Assembly (NCBI GenBank): GCA_951406725.2
Contig: OX597816.1
Span: 86,676,001 to 86,740,000, forward strand
DNA length: 64,000 bases
Reading direction: 5' to 3'
From: Octopus vulgaris
Lineage: Eukaryota
The notes under the pieces are model-generated. The model was not told the DNA's origin. It saw only the letters and a list, made by a program, of their open reading frames with translations, and did not search any database. A program made the translations under genes and the position numbers. Shown in pieces: positions 42,752-53,362 of the stretch. Each line of letters begins with the position of its first letter. The stretch's first letter is position 1.

Positions 42752-43180
42752 TCTTTTATTTGTTTCAATCATTTGACTGCGGCCATACTGGAGTACCACG
42801 TTACAGGGGTTTAGTCGAAGAAATTGTCCCAGGGTTTATTCTTTGTACGCCTAGTACTTATCCTATCGGACTCTTTTGCTGAACTTCTAAGTTACAGGGA
42901 CATGAACACACCAATATCGGTTGTCAAGCGATGGCAGTGTGGAAAAATACAGACACACACGCACACATAAATATACACAAACACACACACACACACACAC
43001 ACACACTTATATATATAAATGTATATACACGACGGGCGTCTTTCCGTTTCCAAATACCAAATCCACTCACAAGGTTTTGGTCTGCCCGAGGCTATTGTAG
43101 GAGAGACTTGTGCAAGGTGTCACGCAGTGGGACTGAACCTGGAACTATTTGTTGGGAAGCAAGCTTCTAACTACAGAGCT
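42752..43180 (-). mobile_element. SINE family A, near full length
   Basis: Reverse-complement match to 28297-28707. Confidence 0.88.
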
Positions 43181-43762
43181 ATAAGTAGAGTCGTCTCCTT
43201 TTTGGCCGTTAGAAAATTGCTCTCACCTGGTTAAGAGTTGTTTTGACTCTTATTTCTAGCAGTGCTGGTGCTTAGAATCACTCTCCATCATTGGAATATC
43301 CATCTTAATAATTTATAATTCTCACTTCACCATTTTCGAAATCAGTCGATGTTTCCTATGGTGTTCTCTATAAGGCTAAGCAGGTGACTTCGGTTCTTTA
43401 ACCATCGGCGACCAAATAATGGGTCTTTGATGAAGTTTGATTCGATCTGAAATCAACGCTGATATGTATTCATCTTGCTGGTCGTAGATAAGGAGCTGGT
43501 CCCTCTTGTCAATTGTTAGAAAAGTGCTCTGTTACATGGCTATGAGCTGCTTTGACCTTTATTTATAGCAATACTAATGTTTACAAGCACCCACTCTCAA
43601 TTTAGTGACAACTGTACTTGTTGCCTTTCGTTTCTAAATTGTAAATAGTTACCTCAACAATATATATATATACATATATATCTTCATACATACAAACTCA
43701 CTCAGATATATAAGTACTTATGTTACATATACATGTACATATATACTATACATATATATAAT

Positions 43763-44152
43763 CTTTTCTACGCTAGGCACAAGGCCCGAAAATTTGGGAG
43801 AGGGCCAGTCGATTAAATCTACCCAAGTACGCAAGAGATACTTATTTTATCGACCCAGAGAAGATAGAAGGGAAAGTCGACCTCGGCGAAATTTGAACTC
43901 AGAACGTGAGGATAGGCGAAATACCTATTTCTTTACTGCCCACAGGGGGCTACACACAGAGGAGAAAACAAGGAAAGACAAACGGATTAAGTCGATTATA
44001 TGGACCCCAGTGCGTAACTGGTACTTGTTTAATCGACCCCGAAAGGATGAAAGGCAAAGTCGACCTCGGCAGATTTTGAACTCAGAACGTAGCGGCAGAC
44101 GAAATACCGCTAAGTATTTCGGGCGGCGTGCTAACGTTTCTACCAGATAGCC
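43763..44152 (-). mobile_element. SINE family B (Nin/Deu-domain-like), dimeric
   Basis: Minus strand: ...gttctgagttcaaaa..gccgaggtcgactttGCCTTTCATCCTTTCGGGGTCGATtaaacaagtaccag. The domain is present twice in tandem. Confidence 0.85.
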
Positions 44153-44212
44153 TTATTTATTTATATGTATCTGTGTATATATAGTATATATATGTATATA
44201 TACATGTATATG

Positions 44213-44251
<39 letters not shown>

Positions 44252-44252
<1 letters not shown>

Positions 44253-44395
44253 CTTAGCGGTTCGGCAAAAGAGATAGAATAAGTAGTGGGCTTACAAAAG
44301 AATAAGTCCCGGGGTCGAGTTGCTCGATTAAAGGCGGTGCTCCAGCATGACCACAGTCAAATGACTGAAACAAGTAAATAAAAGTAAGTAAAAGA
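44252..44395 (+). mobile_element. SINE family A 3' half following (TA)n
   Basis: Near-identical to 28566-28700. Confidence 0.88.
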
Positions 44396-44481
44396 ATATA
44401 TACATAGATACACACGTATTTATGTATGATATATATACATATATATATATATATGCATATATATACACATATATATATATA

Positions 44482-44527
<46 letters not shown>

Positions 44528-44530
<3 letters not shown>

Positions 44531-45171
44531 ATAATAAAAGGGTAAAACCAATTAATTATTAATCAATTTCACCAATTAGTGTTCAGTATGTAAAAGGACC
44601 ATTCAAGATATATTCAAAATATTACGTTATATAATTAGGGCTCAGTAAAATAATTTACTTCACCACATACTGAAACTTTTAGAAATAGCAGCCAAAAAGT
44701 TTTTTTTAGCCATTTCTTCTACTATAAGAAAAATCTCCCAGATAGTGTTTACTCAAAAATAATTCACGTAGATATGGAGGGAAAAACAACAAAATATCAC
44801 ATGTACAAAGATCATTTGAGAACGTTAACGTATCTAGATTAGTCGAATTTAAAACTCCACATTTCTTTCGTCAGCTCAACATTTCTTAATTTGGATTTGA
44901 AAGCACTAAAAATTGAACATACCCGTCTGATATAAGTAACCTCAGACAAACCATCTCCAAACTGCCAGTGCCAACAAATTCAAAAAGTACAAGCGAAGAT
45001 TTGTATTCCTCCCGCTGCCATCCACGTGAGTTATAGAGTAAACAGAATTTTACGGTGAGAACCGTAGTAAAGAACAAGGAGAGAGGAATTGTATTATCAA
45101 TAATAAAAGGGTAAAAATCAATTAATTGTTTTACATACTGAACACTACTTGGTGAAATTAATTAATAATTA
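44528..45171 (-). mobile_element. Penelope-like remnant with direct plus inverted terminal repeats between (TA)n tracts
   Basis: tcaataataaaagggtaaaa..caattaatt at 44528 recurs at 45097, immediately followed (45129-45171) by an inverted copy of 44553-44595. Confidence 0.5.
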
Positions 45172-45570
45172 TATATATGCGTGTGTATGTGTGTGAGTGG
45201 GTGGTTGTGGGACTGGTTGGGCGGGCATTTTTGTAAATGTCCACATGAGTGAGAGTTCTTTTATCCGTGTGTTTATGACTGCGTGAGTTTCAAGATAGAT
45301 GAGCATATTAGATTAAATGCACAAGTTTAGTAAGATAGAATATTAGAAAGAGATAGCCAAACAAATATCGAGAAGATTAGAATCTTGGACACAAACATAG
45401 TAAGGAATCAAGGAGAAATGCCTCAAGTTTAAGTCCATTTGCATTAATCTATGCAGACTAAGAAGCAGGTGCTGCAATAAGTACAAGATTCAATTATACA
45501 CATAGAGGACATATTCAGATAGTCATAAATATACTTATAATATGTACATATAAGAATGTGTGTGTGCGCG

Positions 45571-45606
<36 letters not shown>

Positions 45607-45613
<7 letters not shown>

Positions 45614-46701
45614 AATAAAATATATTCATATATATAAACATATATGTACGTACCTACCTCTACATGTACATATACACGCATATATGTGTACAGGACACCA
45701 AAAAGACGTGGAACACATAGAGAGACGAAAAACATAGACACAAAGCAAGGAACAAGACAGGCAAAAAAAAAAAAAAAAGAGAGAGATACAGGACAATAAG
45801 CACAACGAAAAATCCCCTTCTTCAGTCGCTAAAGTTTCACCTACTAAACGTTTCGAAGGATAAAAGCGAGACGTATACTTCGAATGAAAAATTCCTTCCT
45901 GCGAAAAGCAAATCAATTAAAATTCTGAGATCTTTTCGCAGAGGGGTGAAAAAAAGCAAGACGGTAACGACAGTACAAACATATAAACAGTAAAAAATAT
46001 ATATATAAAAACAGTGGAAAAATAAATATACAACAGTGAGAGACAGGACAAGGAGAACAAAATAAGAAGGGCTGTTAACGCCAGACGAAAAAAGTATTGC
46101 AAACGCTGGATTATAGTGGACGACGAGAGAGGAAGATGTCGACCAGAGGCCTTAGAAGGCGGGCGAGAAAGGACAGGATAGCAGTTATGACGGAAGTATG
46201 GTCGCAGATGGACGACGGGAATGGGGGAGGAGGAGCAAGAGGAAGAGAGAGAAGAAGGGGAATGGTGCGAGGAGACCATGAAGAACAGTGAGGGGGAGAG
46301 AGAGAGGAAGAGACAAGTTAAGTGAGGGAAAAAAGACGAAAAAGGGAATGGGAGAGAAAGAAAGAAAGATGCAGAGTCGCGTGAGAGTTAATATCAAGGC
46401 GAACTTGATAAACAGAACAATCTTACTTAATAGGGTGCGTGCGTTTAGTCGTATAATATGTTAATAAAATATATGCATATATATAAACATATATGTACGT
46501 ACCTACCTCTACATGTACATATACACGCATATATGTGTACAGGACACCAAAAGACGTGGAACACATAGAGAGACGAAAAACATAGACACAAAGCAAGGAA
46601 CAAGACAGGCAAAAAAAAAAAAAAAAAGAGAGAGATACAGGACAAAAAGCACAACGAAAAAACCCCTTCTTCAGTCGCTAAAGTTTCATCTACTAAACGT
46701 T
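45607..46701 (-). mobile_element. Non-autonomous Penelope-like element: 246-bp direct terminal repeats around a decayed GIY-YIG C-terminal remnant
   Basis: 45607-45852 is almost identical to 46456-46701 (offset 849). Minus-strand IPVVHLR...SSTIIQRLQ-(fs)-FFSSGVN resembles the PLE endonuclease end (I..L.T..P.G.N). (TA)n on both sides. Confidence 0.65.
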
Positions 46702-46904
46702 ATATATATATATATATAACTATACGTGTGTCTGTGTGTGTAGTTATGTATATCCATATATTGGGAATGTATATAGCTGTATTGAATACATATATGCATA
46801 CACAGACATACTCAAACACATACACTCGCACACAGACATATAACTGTGTGTATCTGTGTGAACATATATATATGTGTGTATGTGTATGTGTGTGTGTATG
46901 TATG

Positions 46905-46961
<57 letters not shown>

Positions 46962-47014
46962 AATAGTGATGGAGAGGAAGTAATTGAGAAATTTTAATAA
47001 ATATGCATGCTGAT

Positions 47015-47040
47015 AGATATATAGATAGACAGATAGGTAT

Positions 47041-47133
<93 letters not shown>

Positions 47134-47154
47134 CAGATATATATATATAGAGAG

Positions 47155-47220
<66 letters not shown>

Positions 47221-47235
47221 ATAGGTAGACAGACA
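47015..47235. repeat. (GATA)n microsatellite
   Basis: Directly visible; representative of dozens of (TA)n, (TG)n, (TACA)n, (GATA)n and (GGAT)n tracts across the window. Confidence 0.95.
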
Positions 47236-47854
47236 GAGAGACAATGAAAACTTGTGTAAAAAAGATCGATATACTGCTTAGTAGCTATTCGGAATATAGG
47301 TAGACAACTTAATAAACAGATGAGTTTAACCAACATGCATTCAGAAGCTCATGGAGAAATTTAGCAGTCTCTATATTCATTGACTACGTTTACGTGATTA
47401 TCTCGGCTGTATGTATGCGTTTAAGAAGATTTCCAACGTCATGATTTTACATCAGATCATTGATTTATTTAGTGAATATTTATATACAAATATTCGTTTT
47501 TTCTTTTTCCGTTTGATTGATCTAACCCCATAATACAAGTGCAGATGAAAGGCTCCGTCTGCACGTGATTGAGGTTGAGTATTTCTATGTATGTTCATGC
47601 GTTTTGTGTAATGATTGGCTTATTTTAGTTACAAATACGGCCAGCAATAAAATTTTATAGGTGTATGTGAGCTTATGTATGTATGCATGTATGCATTAAG
47701 CTATTATGTATCTCTACACTGCATGTAACCATAATGTTTGTTCCCAATTTCTCCTTTGTAGGCATCTAGCAATATATTTTCTACATAAACCCCGTTCTTC
47801 CACCAGACCTGTGCGTAATGATATACGTATGCAAATTTCATATATATATATATG

Positions 47855-47931
<77 letters not shown>

Positions 47932-47978
47932 ATGTATGTATGTATGTATGTATGTATGTATGTATGTATGTATGTATT

Positions 47979-48019
<41 letters not shown>

Positions 48020-48215
48020 CTATGCATACATACACATGTATATACAGATATATACATATATACATACGAGGATAACACCTGATACGATCAACGGAACAAC
48101 CTGCTCTTGAAATTAACGTACAAGCAGGTGAGGACTCCAAAATACGCGTATTCTTAGCGTAGTTCTCAGGGAGTTTCAGCGCGAAACTATATATATTTAG
48201 ACACATGTGTGTGTC

Positions 48216-48528
48216 TTTTATCTTGGAATTGTTTTAGTCATTAGACTGTTGCCATGCTGTGGCAATACCTTCAGGAATTTATAGTCGAGCGTATCGATAC
48301 TAGTACATTCTTTTGCTTTTTATCCTGGTAAATATGCCATCGAACTGTTGTGCCGAACCGCTAAGTTGCGGAGACATAAACACACCAACACCTTTTGTCA
48401 AACAGTGGAGAGGGGACAAACACAGACACACATACACAGGTAACTATATATATATATATATATATTATATATATGGCGGTGCCCCAGCATGGCCACAGCT
48501 CATAAGCTGAAACTAGAATCAATCAATC

Positions 48529-48561
<33 letters not shown>

Positions 48562-48895
48562 TATATCAGAAGAATTGAAAAAGGAGACAAACGCCGAGGA
48601 TGTTATTAAGCCACTTATATCTTCATTACATCCACATATGTTTTGATGGATACATTCATCGAAACATATGTAGAAGATATGAAGATATAAATGTTTTAAT
48701 AGTAACCTGAGCGTTTGACTACTTTTGCAGTTTTTCCTAATTTTCTCCTCAATACAACTTACTTATCCCAGAATCGAACCACACACCAAGAGTTTGGTCG
48801 GTCTGAGGATATACTAGAAGACTTACTCAATGTGCTACGCGGTGAAACTAAACCTGGAACCATGCGGCTGGGTAGCAAGCATCTTGGCGCACCGC
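48216..48895 (-). mobile_element. SINE family A split by insertions in its internal microsatellite
   Basis: 3' half at 48216-48432 and decayed 5' half at ~48770-48895. Between them lie a short tail insertion (48475-48528) and a Penelope-like fold-back (~48570-48750). Confidence 0.65.
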
Positions 48896-48924
48896 TACGT
48901 CTGGACCTATTGTATATGTATATG

Positions 48925-49015
<91 letters not shown>

Positions 49016-49030
49016 AAGTAAATGTGTATA

Positions 49031-49085
<55 letters not shown>

Positions 49086-49234
49086 GTTATCGCCATACTA
49101 ATATGGCATTCTTATAAAAATAAGAAAAAAGCTGTCCGCTTATTAGCTCCATGAGGCCATCGCCTTAAGTTAGCTATTTGATACACAAACTGTATCCATA
49201 TAACCTTCGAACAAGGGAGGTCAGTCGCTCCGCA

Positions 49235-49304
49235 CTACTTGACCGGCAGCTACAGACGCGTTTCAGGGTATTGCCCTTTTCAATGCAGCGTAGCCAGCCA
49301 GTAG
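49235..49304 (-). ncRNA. Type I hammerhead ribozyme, copy 1 (stem II one G shorter)
   Basis: UGGCUGGC-UAC-GCUGCA-UUGAAAA-GGG-CAAUA-CCCU-GAA-ACGCGU-C/UGUAGC-U-GCCGGUCA; predicted cleavage 3' of the C at 49255. Confidence 0.75.
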
Positions 49305-49595
49305 GTGTCGCTTCCGACAATCTCTGTTCGATGGTTTTATTTACCTAGTTTCGGTGGAATACATCCACTTGTTTTCAATAATAGAAATATTAAAATAACT
49401 AAGTCTCTCTAAAAGAGAACAGCGGCAGCGTTCCCGGAAAATAATAGTTATCGCCATACTAATATGGCATTCTTATAAAAATAAGAAAAAAGCTGTCCGC
49501 TTATTAGCTCCATGAGGCCATCGCCTTAAGTTAGCTATTTGATACACAAACTGTATCCATATAACCTTCGAACAAGGGAGGTCAGTCGCTCCACA

Positions 49596-49666
49596 CTACT
49601 TGACCGGCAGTTACAGACGCGTTTCAGGGTATTGCCCCTTTTCAATGCAGCGTAGCCAGCCAGTAG
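49596..49666 (-). ncRNA. Type I hammerhead ribozyme, copy 2
   Basis: As copy 4 but with one C-A mismatch in stem I (UGUAAC); cleavage C at 49616. Confidence 0.82.
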
Positions 49667-49957
49667 GTGTCGCTTCCGACAATCTCTGTTCGATGGTTTT
49701 ATTTACCTAGTTTCGGTGGAATACATCCACTTGTTTTCAATAATAGAAATATTAAAATAACTAAGTCTCTCTAAAAGAGAACAGCGGCAGCGTTCCCGGA
49801 AAATAATAGTTATCGCCATACTAATATGGCATTCTTATAAAAATAAGAAAAAAGCTGTCCGCTTATTAGCTCCATGAGGCCATCGCCTTAAGTTAGCTAT
49901 TTGATACACAAACTGTATCCATATAACCTTCGAACAAGGGAGGTCAGTCGCTCCACA

Positions 49958-50028
49958 CTACTTGACCGGCAGTTACAGACGCGTTTCAGGGTATTGCCCC
50001 TTTTCAATGCAGCGTAGCCAGCCAGTAG
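49958..50028 (-). ncRNA. Type I hammerhead ribozyme, copy 3
   Basis: Identical to copy 2; cleavage C at 49978. Confidence 0.82.
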
Positions 50029-50319
50029 GTGTCGCTTCCGACAATCTCTGTTCGATGGTTTTATTTACCTAGTTTCGGTGGAATACATCCACTTGTTTTC
50101 AATAATAGAAATATTAAAATAACTAAGTCTCTCTAAAAGAGAACAGCGGCAGCGTTCCCGGAAAATAATAGTTATCGCCATACTAATATGGCATTCTTAT
50201 AAAAATAAGAAAAAAGCTGTCCGCTTATTAGCTCCATGAGGCCATCGCCTTAAGTTAGCTATTTGATACACAAACTGTATCCATATAACCTTCGAACAAG
50301 GGAGGTCAGTCGCTCCACA

Positions 50320-50390
50320 CTACTTGACCGGCAGCTACAGACGCGTTTCAGGGTATTGCCCCTTTTCAATGCAGCGTAGCCAGCCAGTAG
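50320..50390 (-). ncRNA. Type I hammerhead ribozyme, copy 4 (best-formed)
   Basis: CUAC-UGGCUGGC-UAC-GCUGCA-UUGAAAA-GGGG-CAAUA-CCCU-GAA-ACGCGU-C/UGUAGC-U-GCCGGUCA-A-GUAG. All stems pair; cleavage C at 50340. Confidence 0.88.
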
Positions 50391-50716
50391 GTGTCGCTTC
50401 CGACAATCTCTGTTCGATGGTTTTATTTACCTAGTTTCGGTATTTATTGTGTTATTCGTGGTATTATGTATGTATCTATAAGTGTGTGGGCGTCCGTGTG
50501 TGTGTGTGTTGAGTTATAATAAAAACCTAGCTATCGTTAAACTGCAGTATTAATATATTTTTGTAGAGTAGCTATCTACAAGAAGTAAGGTGACAGTGAC
50601 TTCGAATTTTCAGTCTGTTAGCCTTCATCACACAGTCCAACGAAGACATTCAGGCTCAAACTTCAATTGTTAATAGCTAACACACATACACACACACACA
50701 CACATACACACATACA

Positions 50717-50766
<50 letters not shown>

Positions 50767-50768
<2 letters not shown>

Positions 50769-50884
50769 AAATTATAATTTAGGGCATCTAAGAGACACTA
50801 CTACGCTGGAAATAGCAGCCAAAACCTGACGGCTGCTGTTTCCAGCGTGGCAATATTTCTTAGATACCTTAAATTATAATTTTA
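50767..50884. repeat. Palindrome with 54-bp arms and a 10-nt loop
   Basis: taaaattataatttagggcatctaaga...ctggaaatagcagcc / ggctgctgtttccagcg...tcttagataccttaaattataatttta; the arm differences are all transitions. Confidence 0.85.
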
Positions 50885-50966
50885 ATGAATAAGCATTACC
50901 TTTGAAGGTTTTTCTTCCCTTGCTGGCTACTTGATAAGATCGATATTTAAATCAACGATCTTATCC

Positions 50967-51009
<43 letters not shown>

Positions 51010-51421
51010 ACTCAAATACTACGACAATGTTTTAACACATCCTTAATGATTCGTTACAATTATATCTGTGCTAACTCTGGGTTATACCTTACTTTATGTG
51101 AGTGTGTGTGTCTCTACCTGTGTGTATGTTTACCAAATAAGCCTTGGATGGTTTGTTAATCCAATAGTCGTGTACACATGCAATGGCTCAATATCACTTC
51201 TTTATCTTTAGTCAGGCGGTTATGTATTTTGCCCACTATCAAATCGAGCTTTTGTTTAATGTGTTTGTTGAACAATCAATCGGTTATTTGTTTGTTTGAA
51301 GGGGTTTTTGTCATTTCGGCTCACTTTTAACTACGCCTTCAGAACAATGGAAGTGTATATTTGTATATCCGCTTCCATATCTGTGTAGTGAGTAAACACT
51401 CATTGGTACAATAATAAAGAT

Positions 51422-51465
<44 letters not shown>

Positions 51466-51623
51466 CTGTGTATGTGTGTGTGTATCCGTGTGTGTATGAT
51501 TCTGTGTGTGTGTGCTTCTGTGTATGTGTGCTTCTGTGTGTGTGTATGTGTAAATCAATGTGTTAAAATATCAAAATATCCCTTCTAGAACGTCACAAAA
51601 ATATTTTAGCTAACCCTCAGTTC

Positions 51624-51683
<60 letters not shown>

Positions 51684-52194
51684 TTATATATATATATACA
51701 TACATACATACATACATACATACATACATACATACATACATACACACACACATATATATATATATACACACACACGTACAAACATACATATATGAATACA
51801 TAGATACATACATATATACACACACACACGTACGTGCGCATGCATGTGTACGTGTTTGATTTGCAGACAAAATGGCTTCCGTTTTTCCTGTTTTGCTATC
51901 GATTTTTAATGTAAGCTGATACTAGAAAGAGAAAGAGGAAGACAAGGAATGAAAGAAAGAAAGAAAGAAAGAAAAAAGTGGAGAGAGAGAGAGCAGGAAT
52001 GAGAATGACTATATGATTTATAGAATGCTTGTTCGTGTGTGTCTGAGTTCTACAGTGTTGGCAGTATTATAACATGCTATGTGTGTTCCCAAACCAGCCT
52101 TTCATTTATCTTACAATGCCTCTCCTCACTGCGATTTGACGTCCACTATACTATGGTTACCTATTTTATAATGGAAATGCTGTCTTTAATCTTT

Positions 52195-52830
52195 CACTTT
52201 TTACTTATTTCAGTCATTGGACTACGGCCATGCTGTGGCACCAGCTTGAAGAAGTTTTAGTCAAATATATCGACCTGGTATTTGTCTTTTTAAAGCTTGG
52301 TATTTGTTCTGTCGCATTTTTTACCAAGTTGCTGCGTGGATGTAAACACACCAGCATCGGTTGTCAAGCGGGAGTTGGGTGTCAAACACAGACACAAAGA
52401 CACAGACACACACAAATGTGCATTGATATGTGAGAGTGTGTGTGTGTGTGTGTGCGTGTGTGTGTGTGTGTGTGTGTATGCGTAAATGTCGAAAGATGGA
52501 AATGAGTGCTCAACACCGCATTGGAGGATATAATTTCTTTATTTGCAAATTAAGGCTACCATTAGTTTCATGTTAAGAAAAGTAGGAAAATATCCTAGTG
52601 TCTTAACAATTTTTAAACCGATCACATGGCGAAAGGTGTTCGCCTCCATTTAGGAAAACAGTCTTGCTTCGTTCAAATGGTTTCTTGTAAATTCGCCTAA
52701 ATATAACATGATATAGATATAATCGCACGGGTTTCTTTCTAGTCTCCGTTTACAAAACCCACTTATAATGATTTGGTCAACCCATGGCTATTGTAGAAAA
52801 CACCTGCCCAAGGTGTCACGCAGAAGAATT
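52195..52830 (-). mobile_element. SINE family A split at its internal microsatellite
   Basis: 3' half at 52195-52410; 5' part (cacgggtttctttc...cacctgcccaaggtgtcacgcag) at ~52725-52825. Confidence 0.7.
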
Positions 52831-53103
52831 GTACACCTACTGTTGATTAAAGGAGATCCCATTACTTAACTGTTACTATGCATTACTGACTCCAGATTAA
52901 TGAGAGGCAAAGTTGACCTATTCGGAAGTCGAACTCAGCTGGTAAAGGTCGGCATGAGACGCCAACAAATGATTCCTCGAATTGTCTACCACGTCAGGAT
53001 AGATTGATATTTGTGTTCAGAGATGGTGAGTGGGTTGTGGGTATTCATCTTTTTAGTGTGCGCCTTGACCAACACAAATGTGCCCACGCATATGCGTAAA
53101 ATC

Positions 53104-53315
53104 CTTTTCTACTATAGGCACAAGGCCTGAAATTTGGTGGAAAGGGACTACTCGATTACATTGACCCCATTGTTTCACTAGTACTGAATTTATCGACCCC
53201 GAAAGGATGGAAGGCAAAGTCGACCTCAGTGAAATCTGAACTCAGAACGTAGCGACGGGTGAAATACCGCTGAGTATTTCGTCCAGCGTGTTAAAGATTC
53301 TGCCAGCTCGCTGCC
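53104..53315 (-). mobile_element. Full-length monomeric SINE family B
   Basis: Head ggcagcgagctggcagaatc, domain gccttccatcctttcggggtcgataaatt, tail cctatagtagaaaag. Confidence 0.88.
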
Positions 53316-53319
53316 TTTT

Positions 53320-53362
53320 TGGCTCCCAGGCAAGGAATCGAACCCGGTCTCATGCGTGACAT
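53320..53362 (-). pseudogene. Retroposed 3' half of tRNA-Asp(GTC) with CCA end
   Basis: Minus strand: aTGTCACgcatgagaccgGGTTCGATTCCttgcctgggagCCA followed by AAAA. It resembles the eukaryotic tRNA-Asp 3' half (CTGTCACGCGGGAGACCGGGGTTCGATTCCCCG..GGGAG). Confidence 0.7.

Larger units (their letters stand above)
49080..50441 (-). mobile_element. Tandem array of 361/362-bp units (3 full + 276 bp), each with a hammerhead ribozyme: candidate non-LTR retrozyme
   Basis: The unit start taatagttatcgcc is at 49081, 49442, 49804 and 50166. Only three variable sites were seen between units. Non-coding; abuts (TA)n. Confidence 0.88.

Noticed and set aside
49080-50441. CRISPR array or plain satellite
   Set aside because: Units are wholly repeated with no unique spacers, there are no cas genes, and the context is eukaryotic. 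The ribozyme fold explains it better than a plain satellite.
50590-50672. Inverted pair of hammerhead-like remnants (GTGATGA...GAAA on minus; CCAACGA on plus)
   Set aside because: Cores and stems are too degraded to call.
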